A DNA stretch of 61,531 nt, filler included, from Sphacelaria rigidula (GCA_964200075.2; 6 parts of 6 records of this genome joined end to end with filler, not necessarily neighbours in it), one strand, 5' to 3'; numbered from the whole stretch's first letter, positions 36,109-48,907 are shown. The notes: generated by a model not told the origin, from the letters alone. Program-made: numbers and translations.

Positions 36109-36190
36109 GTACGTCTATCATGTGGATAATGACCACGGCTGGATCCCCGAGGGATCAGATGATTCGCGACAATCAATCAATCGATCAAAT
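36109..36190 (+). mobile_element. 3' end of an (AATC)n-tailed retroelement
   Basis: GTACGTCTATCAT...GACCACGGCTGGA...GCGACAATCAATCAATC. The same motif occurs at 37215-37295 and 46463-46620 and, degenerate, at 39335-39403. Three copies are preceded by T-rich sequence. Confidence 0.7.
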
Positions 36191-36241
36191 GTATCTTGTC
36201 CTCCCGGCCGCGCCATGCTCGCAATCAACATCCACGCCCAG

Positions 36242-36510
36242 GCCCCCGCGCCGCGCACGCAGCAAGGCTCTCTCCTGGGCCTCGACAAGCTCGCCGCTCA
36301 GCAAAGGGCGGACAAGCTGGCGGCCCTAGAGGCTGCTGTAGGCGGGGCAGGCGGAGATCGGCCCCGACACTCTCACGCCGGGCTGTCTTTCGGAGAAGGT
36401 CGGGATGAGGATGATGACGGGGAGGATGATGACGAAGGCTGGGCGAAGAAGAAGCTTAGGGATAAAAGGGAGAATGGGGGGGGTGTTGGTGGGGGGTCGA
36501 AGGAGTCTAG
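36242..36510 (+). CDS. PRP16: PRP16/DHX38 exon 3
   Basis: APAPRTQQGSLLGLDKLAAQQR matches the conserved Prp16 N-terminal APAPR.SLLGLD.LA motif. Bounded by CAG and GTGAGA; phase 0 in, phase 2 out. Confidence 0.92.
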
Positions 36511-37018
36511 GTGAGAATATAGTGGGAATATTTTTCTCCATTTTTTTCTTTTCGATAAATAGGCCTTTTGAGCGTTCACCGATAGAGAACTAGTCCCTGA
36601 GAGATATTTGTTGAGTGAAGATAGTACCGGTTCATAAAGGTCACACAACACCTTTTAGCGTTTTAGGGACCCATTCATTGACCAAGCACCGTCAGGTATC
36701 TGTAGAGCTAGCAACACTTCGTGGCATTCCTGTTTTTACCTCTTGTTGACTTTTTTTTTTTTACTTTCCAACAATATCCATTTTTTTCTTCTTCTCCATT
36801 TGACCTTTTTTTTTCGCACGTTAAATTGTATTCGGACATTGACCCAAGAGGTTCCGGGATTATGTTTTTTGTAGGTGTGGATGGGCGCTTAATAAATGCG
36901 TCTGAGCGATTTACCCGAAGTGAATTGTGAAAACCTGTTTTAGCCGATTGGCGTGCATATGCCTCTCTAGATATGGTTCACGGAGGAATATGAATTTCTT
37001 TTATGTTGCTTTGCTCTG

Positions 37019-37049
<31 letters not shown>

Positions 37050-37214
37050 TTTGATGTGTTCGCTGATACGTTTTTACATCCATATGCTGTGCTTTTGTTG
37101 ATTTTTTTATCATTATTATTTTTCAACGTCTCAGTCTACTATGTCGTTCTGTTCGACTTTTTTCCGTTGGTTCTTTTCTTCAGCGAGTATTTTAGCTTTT
37201 CTTTTCTTGGGTAC

Positions 37215-37295
37215 GTACGTCTATCATGAGACCACGGCTGGACCCCTGGGGGGTCAGTTAAAGTGCGACAATCAATCAATCAGTCAGTCAGTCAA
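37215..37295 (+). mobile_element. 3' end of the (AATC)n-tailed retroelement
   Basis: GTACGTCTATCATGAGACCACGGCTGGACCCC...AAAGTGCGACAATCAATCAATCAGTC. Confidence 0.7.
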
Positions 37296-37629
37296 ATCCA
37301 TGATCAAATGGATGTACAGCTATTGCCGCCACTGTGTTGTGCTGTGACGGTCTTATGCTGCTGGTCGTGGTTCTCCCACGCGTAACGATTTTGTGCGGCA
37401 CATGCATGGCAACGACAACAGCCTCTATCCTTCTAGACGTTTTTTCGTCGACCTAACAAAATTGTTTCACCTCTTATTCTCATAACCTCCCCCGTCCGTT
37501 TTAACGTCCAACTTGGGGGTCCAAGCGGTAGAAGGACTAGAAGCTGTATCGTTTTAGAGACAAAATACGTCACCCACTTGTGTGCGTGCCCATCGGGGTG
37601 CATTCTGTCGACAAAATTCTACCATTATT

Positions 37630-38115
37630 GTATTTATTTATTTTATTATTTATTTTATTATTTTATTATTTGTCGCACTTCGAAACCCTCTCCTTCCTCG
37701 GGTTGAGTCCGTGGTCTCAAGGGATCAACCCATATCTTCCCCGGTACACGCCTTGCATTTTGGTCTCGCGGACTGGGTCAGCACTACTCCCACACTGCGT
37801 CAGCTCACGTCAAACAAACTCAGTCAGCTACGTTGTTTACTCACGTTCTCACGCTTTCCACGGTGAAAATCACATACTACGAAAGAAAAGCCACACCCTG
37901 GACAACAGATTATGTTGTCAAAGAATGTACTGCGTACAGTGTGGAATCTATTGTCTGTTGCAATAGGCGCAATAGACCATACTGTACGCAGTACACTTTT
38001 TGACTGTGTATTCTTCTGTCCAGGGTATGGAAAAAGCCCAACCCATCGGGAATCGAACCCTCGTTCCCTGCACCCGAATGACGACAGTAGGACCATTACA
38101 CCACCGGGGCGCAGC
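37630..38115 (-). mobile_element. Full-length SINE-B with an A-rich tail, interrupted by a MITE
   Basis: The minus strand has A-box TGGTGTAATGG and B-box GGTTCGATTCC. The body matches 21232-21510 and the tail is (AAAATAAT)n. Confidence 0.85.
37891..38030. mobile_element. 140-bp palindromic MITE nested in SINE-B
   Basis: TIRs CCACACCCTGGACA and TGTCCAGGGTATGG; the inner arms also pair. It is absent from the SINE-B copy at 21232. Flanks GAAAAG/AAAAAG. Confidence 0.85.
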
Positions 38116-38247
38116 AATTACTGTACGTGTACTGCGCTTCCATATCACGTATTCCCTCCCCACGTCAAAGCCCCCTCCCTACTACCCCCGCCCACCCCCA
38201 CCCTCACCCAAACTGGGTACCGGACCCAACCGTTACGTTTATTCCAG

Positions 38248-38949
38248 CAAGCGGCAGTACCGCTCGCGTCCGGGACCTGACACCCCTTCTCACCCAGGAG
38301 GCGTAAACCGTGAGATCAAAGGCAAGATTGACGAAAAAGAACGCCTACGGAGGAAGTCCGGGGGCGTCGGTGTTGTCGGCGCCGTCACAGCCGACCCCCC
38401 GAGAGATGGAGCCGGCAGCAGCGACAAAAACGGCCAACGAGACAAAGACAGGGGTAGGAGGGGTGACAAGAATGGCGATGCACGGGAGGGCAACGGTAAC
38501 GGTAGTAGTGGTAGAGGTGGTGGGAGCCGGGGGGCAAGTAGCGGCGTCGGTGATAGAGACGGCAGTCGGTGGTCTTCTCGAGAGCATGGCGGGAGCGGAG
38601 ATGGCGACCGTTACGGCCGGCGAGACGGGGACAGCCGCGGCGACGATCGTTCGTCACGCCGCGGAAGCAGCAGAGACCACCACAGCGACAGGAGGGAGGA
38701 TAGCAGCAGCAGGAGCAGCCGCGGCGGCGGCGGGCGTTCAAGGGATGCCAGTGACGGGAACGACAGGCGGCGAGAGCGCGACGGGCGGGATGATCGCCGT
38801 CGGGGGGAAGGCGGTGATGGTGGAAACGGCGGCAGTAAGCGTTCACGGAGTCCGGGGTCGTCTCGGAGCAGGAATAGGAGTCGGAGTCGAAGTCCTGAGA
38901 GAAGGAGACCTCGCACGAAGAGTCGATGGGAAGATGCCGTTACCCCACG
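38248..38949 (+). CDS. PRP16: PRP16/DHX38 exon 4 (RS/RD-rich region)
   Basis: KRQYRSRPGPDTPSHPGGVN corresponds to DHX38 HYRSARVETPSHPGGVS. An RD/RS-rich tract and SRWEDAVTPR follow. Phase 2 in, phase 2 out. Confidence 0.93.
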
Positions 38950-39556
38950 GTGAGATTTTTTTTTTCTCCTGTCCTTTAGCGTGTTGGGAGTTGTTGTTGG
39001 TAGTGGTAATGGTAGTATTGCTGTTGATGATAATCGCGTGGCCATGGTGGTGGGTTGTCGATGTCTCCTTGCTGCCTTGTGTGCGTGTTGTGGTAGCGGT
39101 AATACTGGGTCTGCGATGCTACGATATGGTGGGCTTGTTTTTGATGTTGAAGTCGTTCGATTATGATTCTTCCAGGATGTTTTGTGTTTGGGGGAGGCTT
39201 TGAGCGTGCCACAGTGCTGTGGTGCTGTACTCTACATCCTTTCTGCTGGGATCAAAAGCGTCATCAGTTATTCGGGGAATCGCAAGACCTGCCGCGGCAG
39301 GGAGTGAAACATTTTCCCGCCCCATACCTGTATATTGTGGCCACGGCTGGGTTATGATTCGTAGCGGATTAGTTGATGTGCCGTAATCAATCGTCCATCA
39401 ATCCACACAATAGGTCAAGACCTACACGAGATGTATCAACAGTCGGCGCCATTGGTCGTTCCTAGGTCCGGCCTGTCAAGTTTTTGGAATCTCCAATACT
39501 GCACTGTACGGCACTATTGTTGAAAGCCGGTCTCCTATACGGCACTGGTGTGAAAA

Positions 39557-39934
39557 GCCGGTTACCCCGGTGGCTCAAGTGGTAACCTCGAAACCTTCTG
39601 ACGGTTGGGTCGTGAGTTCGATTCTCGGTGGAGTCACAAGATCTTGGATGTTTTCTCACACCATGGCCAACACTGGAGAGTGACTATGTCGTGGGTGCAC
39701 AACAGTCGACTCCACAGTCGACGAGGGAAAGGGACCGCTGGACCCCTCTCGGGATAAAATATAAAAGGCAAGAACGGCAGAAGGAAGGTCGACGAGTAAA
39801 ACAAACGAAAAAAAAGAAAAATTCCCGTGTTGGCCTTCCTCCTGTGCGACCCCGTCCCGTCTGATGCGCCCACATATACCGAAAGGTGTAGACTGGCGTC
39901 CAGAATAGATGGGATGACAATAAACACACAACAC
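39557..39934 (+). mobile_element. Full-length tRNA-derived SINE-A
   Basis: A-box TGGCTCAAGTGG, B-box GAGTTCGATTC, a ~300-nt non-tRNA body and a CA-rich tail. Three other pieces occur in the window. Confidence 0.85.
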
Positions 39935-40488
39935 GGTACTTTGTAGTAGTAGTAGCAGCAGTTGTACTAGTAGTACTAGTAGTAGTGGCGGTAATATAAT
40001 GATGCGTAGTTCATATCATTGATTGGTTGGTTTGATCGAGTGTTGCACATGAAGTGATCATCGGGGGATCTAGTCGTGGCTACAAGACAGGATACACGTA
40101 CTGAAGGCAAACAAAAGGGAAACACTTCCCGACGAAAAAATGAAGTAGAGAAGGAAAACATAAGATATATGTAACAAATAAAAAAGTGCACTGAAAAACC
40201 ACAAAAGAAACAAACGGGAGAGGAAAGGAAAAGAAGAAAAAATAGGGGGAAAAAGCGAAGGAAGGTGGTCATAGGCACGGAAGGAAAAAAAGTAAATAGG
40301 AAAAGAAAAAAAAAGCCCGTCAAACCTCCTCTTATATTTTTATTCATTTTTTCATACTAGTAACTGAGCATGATATATTGTTGTGATATACAGATATCAC
40401 TTTTTTTTAGAAGAAAAACCCCTCCATATTTCTTAAGGAGAAATATAAGCTCAAGTGTTTTGCTTTCATCCCACCCCCCCCTCTCACA

Positions 40489-40527
40489 TGATGGTCACAC
40501 GACTAAGGCAAGCAAGACATGAGTACG
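40489..40527 (+). mobile_element. ~39-bp 5'-truncated LINE-C copy with a ~19-bp TSD
   Basis: ATGGTCACACGACTAAGGCAAGCAAGACATGAGTACG lies between CCCACCCCCCCCTCTCACA (40470-40488) and CCCCCCCCTACCTCTCACA (40528-40546). Confidence 0.8.
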
Positions 40528-40553
40528 CCCCCCCCTACCTCTCACAATAACAG

Positions 40554-40732
40554 GAACACCACCAATGGCAACAACAACATCGCCGCGCTAGGGTTAGGGC
40601 CGCGACGGATCGACGGCGCACGGTCAGATTTGACGCGCGCCGGGCTTGGCTTGGACGAATCCGAGTGGGATGAACCGCAGCGGTTGTCGTCGACGCCTCT
40701 GCCTAGCCCCGGTGGCGCCTCGAGTGTAGGAG
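40554..40732 (+). CDS. PRP16: PRP16/DHX38 exon 5; the helicase core lies beyond the contig end
   Basis: CAG acceptor and GAG|GTGAGT donor, phase 2 in. ESEWDEP...STPLPSP resembles the W-E/TP-rich linker of Prp16. Confidence 0.8.
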
Positions 40733-40930
40733 GTGAGTAAGACGGGCAGGTAGGCAGGCAGATAGAGACGGGTGATGCAGTCAGATAGACGGACGGGTAA
40801 GTAGGTGGAGTGAGAATGTGTGCGCCCTTCTTCGAGGATTTCGGGGGGTTGGTGCATGCGTGCATAGCGTTGTAGATAGAGACGGGCAGTTAGATAGACA
40901 TCCAGGTAGGCAGACAACAGAGAGGGGGGG

Positions 40931-40991
40931 CGTACTCATTTGTTGCTTGCCTCAGTCCTGAGACAATTGACCACGCATCCCTTTCGAGACG
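40931..40991 (-). mobile_element. LINE-C 3' end, cut by the contig end
   Basis: The minus strand reads ...GGGATGCGTGGTCAATTG...GGCAAGCAACAAATGAGTACG, then C7. Confidence 0.85.
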
Positions 40992-41091
40992 NNNNNNNNN
41001 NNNNNNNNNNNNNNNNNNNNNNNNNNNNNNNNNNNTTAATTAATTAANNNNNNNNNNNNNNNNNNNNNNNNNNNNNNNNNNNNNNNNNNNN
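40992..41091. other. Artificial contig spacer
   Basis: N44-TTAATTAATTAA-N44. Confidence 0.99.
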
Positions 41092-42710
41092 ATCCAGATC
41101 TGGAAAATTCCTTTCCGCTTCTGCACAAAAGCTCGATTCTTCTCGAACACAGAATCGAACATTTTGTGGGAGGGATCTCGAGGGTTCTCAACACGGGATT
41201 TTACAAAATGGAGGATGTTGTTTTTCTCGAGGATGGACCTTGGGACACTTCACTAGCATCGCAATGGTGCCGAAACCAAAATACAAATGAACTCTCCGCC
41301 CGTGATGTGTGGCATCGCTCATCCTGAAGAGAATCCATCCGCAAGTTGTAAAACGCCGTGTTCCGACCAAACGATTTCGACTTCCGCACGTTCCCGTACA
41401 AAACACTGTCCGTATTTTTTTCAGAATTCCCTGTTGACATAGGGTTTTACAGATTGCGGATGTCCTTATTTTGAGGATGAGCGAGACCGCACGTCACGGC
41501 GGGATAGTGTTTTTGCATTTTTACCCCCGAAAATATTTCGATGCTTACGAAGGTTCCCAAGGTCCATTCTGAGAAAGAAATACATCCTCAATTTGGAAAA
41601 CCCCGTGCTTTTTCGTGTACTGTTGAGCAAATTGTTCATCCGGTCAAAAATCAGCGTGGGCGTACGAAAGCGAGATCGAAAAGGGCGCTTGAATCCTCTC
41701 GAAAAAGTACAGCAGGACTTTTCGAGGTGGCACAATCCGTAAAGCGTCGTACTGCTACTGTACTGCGGGGAAAATTGACGCTGCATCGCGGAAAGCACTA
41801 TGTTATAATTCTACTATGGCCTTTATCGGAGAATTTCATACTCCTGATGAAAATTCTACTTAATTGTCGCGGGACGATTTCGTGACCCGTTTTTGCCGCG
41901 CATCACCCACGTGCCGATACAATGAGTTCTTCGATAACGAGTGTTTCTTCAGTGCCGAAACATGATGCGCATCCCGCAACATCGCACCCACCACCCAAAC
42001 AAACGGCCACAAACATGTGGAAGGGAAGAAAGTATCACCGCGTGGAAATTCCGCACCGCATTCACGCCGTCTTTGGAGGAAAGCCACGCCAGATTCGTCA
42101 CGGCGGGCAGCAGTAGATAAATTACACCTGTTGCCGATATCGAGGGATTTCTCTCAAGTTAAGGCTCGTGACTGACCTCCATATATCCAACGATATGCCC
42201 CCATATGTTCGGCACTAAATCAAACCGGCTTCGAGGTATTCCCAGATTTTTTGCCATCCGTGACGCAGAAAATGACTGGCGGTTTACACCGTTTCATTCA
42301 ACGCGACGGATCACATTCCTGAGCAACTGGACGGTTGTTGGACATGGTACACTACTACAATGTTGTGTTCTGCACCTTCGTCTGTATACTGCAATACTAC
42401 AGCACTGTACTTCATCCATCCTACTGCACGACTCCTGTACTCTCCCCGAGAGCAATAAGGGTCGCTCGGTGCGTTCAGATATCGGTGCGTATATTGTAAA
42501 AGTGCATATATCGTATTATTCCTTTTGGGACCGGACTTTTAGAAACATGGGGTTTGCACCCGGGGGCTTCTCGGTGAATCGGCATCATTTTCACTCGTTT
42601 TCAAGCCGCGATGATGCCGGTTCACAAAAAAGCCCCTGCGTGCAAGTCCCCGTGTTTCTGGGAGACCGGTCCCGAAAGGGTCGGTAATGCAAAAAATATT
42701 CACCATTTAA

Positions 42711-42800
42711 CCGTGAGGGTAGGTCATCTGTTGAGCCGGCATCGCATTCACTTGAAAACTTCGTCAATGGTCGAAAGGGCCTACCCTCGCGGCCAAACGA
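42711..42800. mobile_element. piggyBac-like MITE, second copy
   Basis: TTAA|CCGTGAGGGTAGG...CCTACCCTCGCGGCCAAACGA|TTAA, homologous to 35009-35107. Confidence 0.6.
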
Positions 42801-44775
42801 TTAAGCCTTTGGCCGCCAGGGTAGTTGATCCTGGTAATATTTTAGTTTTGCAAGTGAAATTGATGCCCATTCAAGATATGTACTATATACCGTGGCGGTC
42901 AAGGGGCCAACAACGCAATTATGTCGAAGAGAAAGATGATTGCCAACACCAGTTTATCGAATGGCAGTGGCATGGCAGCTCACGTAATATATATCTCAAA
43001 TATCAGTACCGCGAAGGAAAGAGACGATATAAACAACATACAGCCATAGCGCCACAGCAGGTAGACGGGAGAAATGATGCGCAGAACATGCCATTGTCAA
43101 CGTGCGCGGCTTCGCGTTCTTCCGCCGACCACTGCAATCTGACTACGGAAAGACGACAAGCGAAAAAGCCTCTCGAATAGTTCCGGCCCACCAATTTGTA
43201 GAGAAGAGGCCGGTACGTACCATCAACGGCCGTGATGCTACTTTAGAAAGTCCCCCCGGTGGTGATATATCAATCGTGAAGAGGCCAAATTGTACGGCTT
43301 CAGCCGGAATCTCTCCGGGAGCAACAAAATGTCACCTTTTCAGAACCGGCGCCCGAATACATCAGGGCCTGCCGCTGACGAGCGCCCAGCGAGAGCGATC
43401 TTAGTCAAGGCATATTCGTCGGCGGTAATATTTCAGTATGTGGTGACAGTCTGACTTACGCCGCAGTGTTCAGCGAGAAGGTCGATCTCAGTCGTAGCAA
43501 TGTATATGTCAGCATGCCAATGCCTGATGACCTGATCATATCGAGTGAATAGTGGAGTATTGCCATTGGTAGTCCAACCGCAGAATCCCAAACAGGTTTA
43601 ATTTGGTTGTTGGACACTACCCTTGAATGAACGAGGCACGTTTGTGCTACGGTGCGGCCACGCGGTGAGCTCCAACAAGACAACATGCTGCAGAAGGAAG
43701 GAGCGAGCTGGGTTGTGGTGGAGTGATAGAGAGTTGGCCACAAAGAAGGAGGATAGAGTAATATAGACAGGTAACTGTGGCCAATAAAAAGAGAGGGGGG
43801 TGCTGACGGCCAAAAAGGAGAACAGAGAGGGCTGGTGACAAAACGAACAAGTTCCCGGGACGTCCCGAGTATGAGAACGGAAGAAAAATCTGGGGTACGG
43901 TGAACGGTAAACAAAGTTCCCGCATGAAGTACTGAGCGGTGTTGCGTCTCACGAGGGAAATGCTACGCTGTGGTGCGTCACAAAATAATACCTGTCTCGA
44001 GGGAAGCCGTTTGAGAAAACTGATCATTCGTAGAAGAGTGAGAAGGTTTTTGGCGCTTCGCGCCACCGTCCAAATCGGGCAATTTCAAGGCCAGATAGTG
44101 TGGAGTGTTCGGCTCTGAATAGATCATTCGGAGACAAATTTAAAACGCAGAGAGAAAGATGATGTTGGGAAAGAGGATATATATATATATATATGTGTGT
44201 GTGTGACCTGGCGGTTGTGGGGGAGGGATGGATCGGGCCGGTTGTCGTACGGAGGAGTGAGTTCAAGGAGCCGTTGTACGACGAAACGTTCATTGGAGTG
44301 CTCGTGACGTCCATACAACAGACGCTTTCACGCACGGAACTACCCACCCGGAATGAGTGAGATTAAGTAATCCACCCATGGACCTCTTATATTTGATGCG
44401 ACAGCGAATATTACTCAATCCCTGTCGAATATTACTCCACTCCTATTTCACAAGGGCTGTACACCACAACTCATGTTGATAAGGTGGGTGTTTGTGGGCC
44501 TGGTTTACGTCAGTCCCACCTCATCAACCTGCCTATGACCTGGGGCCGTGAGGAAAATACGAAGAACGCAGTCACCGAACCGCACAATGCTATAGCGCGT
44601 TATGCTTTTTCTATCATGCAGGCCGTGATACCGCATGTGCTTCCATAACCGCCCGTGTATCCCCGTCCTCATTTCCTCGCCTCCGAACATCTACTCAGGG
44701 TGATGGGCACTCCGCACTGAAGGCTGTTTGCCGATCTTCGCTGCGGCTATCTCGATCTATCCCCCTTCGCTTTAG

Positions 44776-45479
44776 CTCCGGTCTGTTCCTGCATCTCACC
44801 GCTGACGCGTGCTTCGTCATCCTGGAGTACGGGATGCTGCCTGCTGGGCCGGAGCCGCTGCGAAGGATCATCCGCGCCGCGAATATGCTTGTGCAGACGC
44901 TTGGTAGATTTGCGAAGGTGTGCCTGGTAGATTCCCTTGGCAAATATCAGCCGTGGAAATACTTGATAGATGTTGCGGTGGAGGTGCACCTGCTGGACTA
45001 TAACACGTACAACGCTTTATTTACCGTCTGTGGGGAACAGGGTTGGCAAATACGGGAACATTGGGATTGCTATTGTAACCCTGGTACTACAGTTGCATGA
45101 GCCTCGATGTGATTGGTGCTACGTCGAGGGGCACTGTCCCGGGAGTCGTCGCACATCACCGTCGTCATGATTCCCAGTGAGATAGGAGCACTCGAAGAGT
45201 GCGGTTGTGTTTCGTCAACCGAACGTGGGATGCTTGACACGTTGACGGTGCTGGAGTAAAGCAACACCCAACCACACAGGGCTGTCGCTGAGCAAGACCT
45301 GGCCACCCCGAACCCACCTGTTATCCTCTGTAATCCTCTCTCATCACGACACGAAAGAACAGGTCTTTGATTTGATGGTGCCATTGCACGAGCTCGGCCT
45401 AGCACGATGGAATATTTTGCTTGAACGGGAAAGAGCGGCCGAGATGAACCTGGAAGTGGGACTTGTCGCCAGTGAAGAG
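44776..45479 (+). CDS. Two candidate exons (44776-44917, 45363-45479) of an unknown helical protein
   Basis: Bounded by AG/GT and phase-0 compatible: SGLFLHLTADACFVILEYGMLP...LGRFAK|VFDLMVPLHELGLARWNILLERERAAEMNLEVGLVASEE. Confidence 0.35.
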
Positions 45480-46462
45480 GTATCCGCAATATTGCAAAAC
45501 AAGAAAACCGAGAGCTGCATTCACATTTCTTCTGCCCCGTACGTGAGGGTCACCGCGAATATAGAGACACTTAACGATCTTGTATTTTTTCCTATGAGCG
45601 TATATAGTACTATGTCCTTTAGAGGTGAAACAAGCAATTCACGGCAACCATTGTATTAATTGGATATACGCTCTGCGCGGAACAAGTATGGCGCCCGATA
45701 ATGGTGAAGAAATACGGTTGTTCTCCTGAACAAACCACGTTAATTTTACTTCGAAATGCTCTTCTACAGAAACAATGACACATGCGGAGATGATCGCTTT
45801 CAGTTTATAGTTGCTAAGAGTCGAAAGCAGTAAATCGTTTTGCCATCGAAAGTCTGGTTGCGACACTACATGTACCGCCGCAGGGAAACAATCTGTTCGT
45901 CGACGGCAATTTGTTTCTAGTTCCCAAACGTTCTTTACTCCTCAGACGAAGCCTTTTCCATGACTGAAACTGAAGTAATTTTGTGGAGATGTTCTTGTGC
46001 CAGGTGACGACGGCGTGTAAATATCTGTTCTGAATATTGTTTTCTTCTCCAGGAGGGGGTTGGTTCATACCACTACTGCCTCTTACGGAAATCATCCCTC
46101 GTTGTCCTTCACACAACCCTCTGGGCGAATGTTTTTGCGATTTCTACAAGGGGCTTAAACGCGTAACTTTTTACTAGCTGGTGGTTACAGCTACTAGTCA
46201 TTTATTGTTCACAATCTTCGTTCCATTTCGCGTGTGGAACCCCTCTTTCACATCGTACCGTCGAGAGAGGCTATGAACCACAATGGTATAACATTGAAAT
46301 CACGTTGTTTCTTCACATTGCTTGCGACTGCTACACTTCACTGCACCCGCTGTTCGTGTTATCGTGTTTTTGTTCAGTTTACCCCCGTCTGTTCTGTTCT
46401 ATCTTCGTCTTCTCCCTTTCTGAAGTGTCCTTCAGCAAGCATTTCCGTTTTGTTTACCTGGC

Positions 46463-46620
46463 GTACGTCTATCTTTTGACCACGGCCATTCATACATCCT
46501 TCAGGGATCAGTCCATTCGCGACAACCAATCAATCAATCAGGAAGTCAGTTAATCAACCAACGCATCAATTGATTAATCGATTCATCAATCGATCAATTG
46601 ACCAGTCAATCAGTCAACTT
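46463..46620 (+). mobile_element. 3' end of the (AATC)n-tailed retroelement with a long degenerate tail
   Basis: GTACGTCTATC...GACCACGGC...GGGATCAG...TTCGCGACAA followed by degenerate (TCAA)n. Confidence 0.65.
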
Positions 46621-47659
46621 TGGCCAGAGCAGTTTTTCATGGTGGTCGAGGCGACATTCGACCTGACGACCTTCTGTCCTCGTGGTAGACGGTTTTATCA
46701 TTTTTTACATCTGCACTACTGCCTGTGCGCAGCACTTACATGCTGTAGAGACTCTTGCGGGTTGTGCATCTCGCGCTGTTTCTCGGCGGGCATGAATCGA
46801 TGATCAAGCACGAAGTGATAACATATGTGACTGCGGATAGCTCTCGTCCTGTCTGGTGGAAAGGTTTATCCTAGTATCCACTTCGATATTGATGAGAACA
46901 CCCCATGAAATAACCGTGAGGTTTCTCAGACACCGATCAGCCTGTTCGACAGTGTTATAGCCATGCATAAACGTTTGGGGTCGATTTGATTATAACATGA
47001 AACGACGGTGTCACAAAGTGACAAATAAGCTGTAACATATAAAATGCGGGATTACCTTACGCTAGGATGACAGCACAAACATAATCCACACAGCAACGGT
47101 TGTGCTCATCCTAGAGTAAAACGGATTCCAGGCTCCCATAATTGGCTACTGTATGATATTAGAGGTTCGTGGCGGGTAATATGAAAGGAACGAATCAACC
47201 CTAGAAACTACCTATATTTCAAGAGCTTCACTACCTCAAATCCGGGAAAATGCATGTCTGTCGAGGAACTTTCATGATAACTTCGATGTCCTGGCCGACA
47301 GCTTTCTATGAGCAAACTACTTCTTTGATTATTTGATGCCACTGCTCAGTCCAAGTCCGCACATAGTTCGGAGGATATCGGTTTATGAAAAGTTGAGGAG
47401 AAATCGATTATCTCTCTGCTGCTTTCCCCAACCCCCTACGATCGTTGAGTTCTCTACCATTCTCGGATCTGCTGCTTTCATCAGTTCCATGCATGTCCAA
47501 TCCGTGCGTTTTTTTTTCTATCGGTTTTGTATATCACCTTTACCTCGTGATCTGCGTGAATGCTCCGTATGGCACACACTGGAAAATTCAAATGGACAGC
47601 ACTGCATGGTGCCATGTTTCAGCAGTTCCAGGACATATCACACCGATACCCAGGCGAGG

Positions 47660-48090
47660 TGTAGGCTCGCTCGGGCAAGTTGATGGCTTGTTTCAGAATG
47701 TCTTAGGGATGACAAGGCACGTCGACGACCGCTAGCAAGTTCTACGCTTGCTAAGCTAAGCCCGAGGCTCGCTAAGGCAAGTCCTACGTCCGTTGAGGCG
47801 GTTCCTAGGCACGGCGTGGCAAATCCTATGCTCGCTGAAGCAGGTCTTGGGAACTCTCAGGGGTGAAAAGTGGACTCAGATCTTTCGTTTTCGATTGCGG
47901 CGAGTGAAATCATTTATTTTGTTATGCTCAGGCAAGTCCTGGTCTCCTAAGACAAGCCCCAGCCTCGCTGCGGCAAGTCGTAGGCTTGCTAAAACAAGTC
48001 CAAAGCTTGCTAAGCTGAGTCCGGGGTTCGCTAGGTCGAATCCTAAGCTCACTGAGGCAAGTCCTAGGCCCGCTGAAGCATGCTCTAGGC
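47660..48090. repeat. Degenerate 21-bp minisatellite
   Basis: Consensus ~GCTAAGGCAAGTCCTAGGCTC, with the period clearest at 47925-48090. Confidence 0.75.
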
Positions 48091-48589
48091 GCGGGTAAGT
48101 GCGAAAAGTGAACTTAGATTGTACGTTTTGAATTTCCCGGGGGAAAATCATTTTCGCCTGCGGCCAGCATGTGAAACCCGCTTCGCTCGCCCTATGAGCT
48201 GCATACATCACTTCTTGTGGACCGCTTTGCATGCCATTGAAGACGATGTCCAGCTCATTATCTTGCAATCATAGTTGTCTTTGCAACCTCCTGAGGGATT
48301 GTCTGGGTGGAAATTTTATATTTCACAAGTGCGGATATTGTGCGTTTTCCTACATTTTTGGTAGTTCAGCTGCACGTCAAAGCACAGAATATCCAGAGAC
48401 ACGATTCGAAAACATTCAAGGTCGGAATAATTCATCATTCGTCTGGAAACTACTTGATTTTAGTGCAATTGATTCGTACCGCAAGAATCAATCCTTGGAC
48501 TTTGTTTTCAGCGTTTCAACCCCGCTCCCAAGGCACGTGGAATGACACAAAAATTGCGTGGAGACTATTTTGACCAACGGGAAAATTTT

Positions 48590-48907
48590 CAAGGGCAGGT
48601 CGGGTAGGGCATGTACTTTTAAATACTCTGGTAAAATACCTGGGTATTTACTTCACCCAGGGTTTGGGTAAATCGGGTACGGCCTCAATATTCTCTCCCC
48701 AAAAATTGGGTAGATTGGGTGCGACCTCAATTACTCTACCGAAATATTGGTCAAGCATTCTCAGCAATACCTGGATGTAGAGTATCACTTGGGTATGACC
48801 ATAATACTCTAGCCAAAAATTGGGTATATTGGGTACGATCTAAACTACTCTACCAAATTCCGGGTAGATTGGGTACGATTTCGATACTCTACCCAAAAAT
48901 TGGATAA
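48590..48907 (+). mobile_element. Truncated copy of a TIR element with internal ~40-bp sub-repeats
   Basis: Begins CAAGGGCAGGTCGGGTAGGG and repeats TTGGGTAGATTGGGTACGA..TCAA.TACTCTACC. Confidence 0.75.

Noticed and set aside
39557-39640. tRNA genes (also 38040-38115, 21558-21630, 34600-34675 and 54722-54760)
   Set aside because: A and B boxes are present, but no clean cloverleaf forms and most continue into repeated non-tRNA bodies, so they are SINE heads or remnants.
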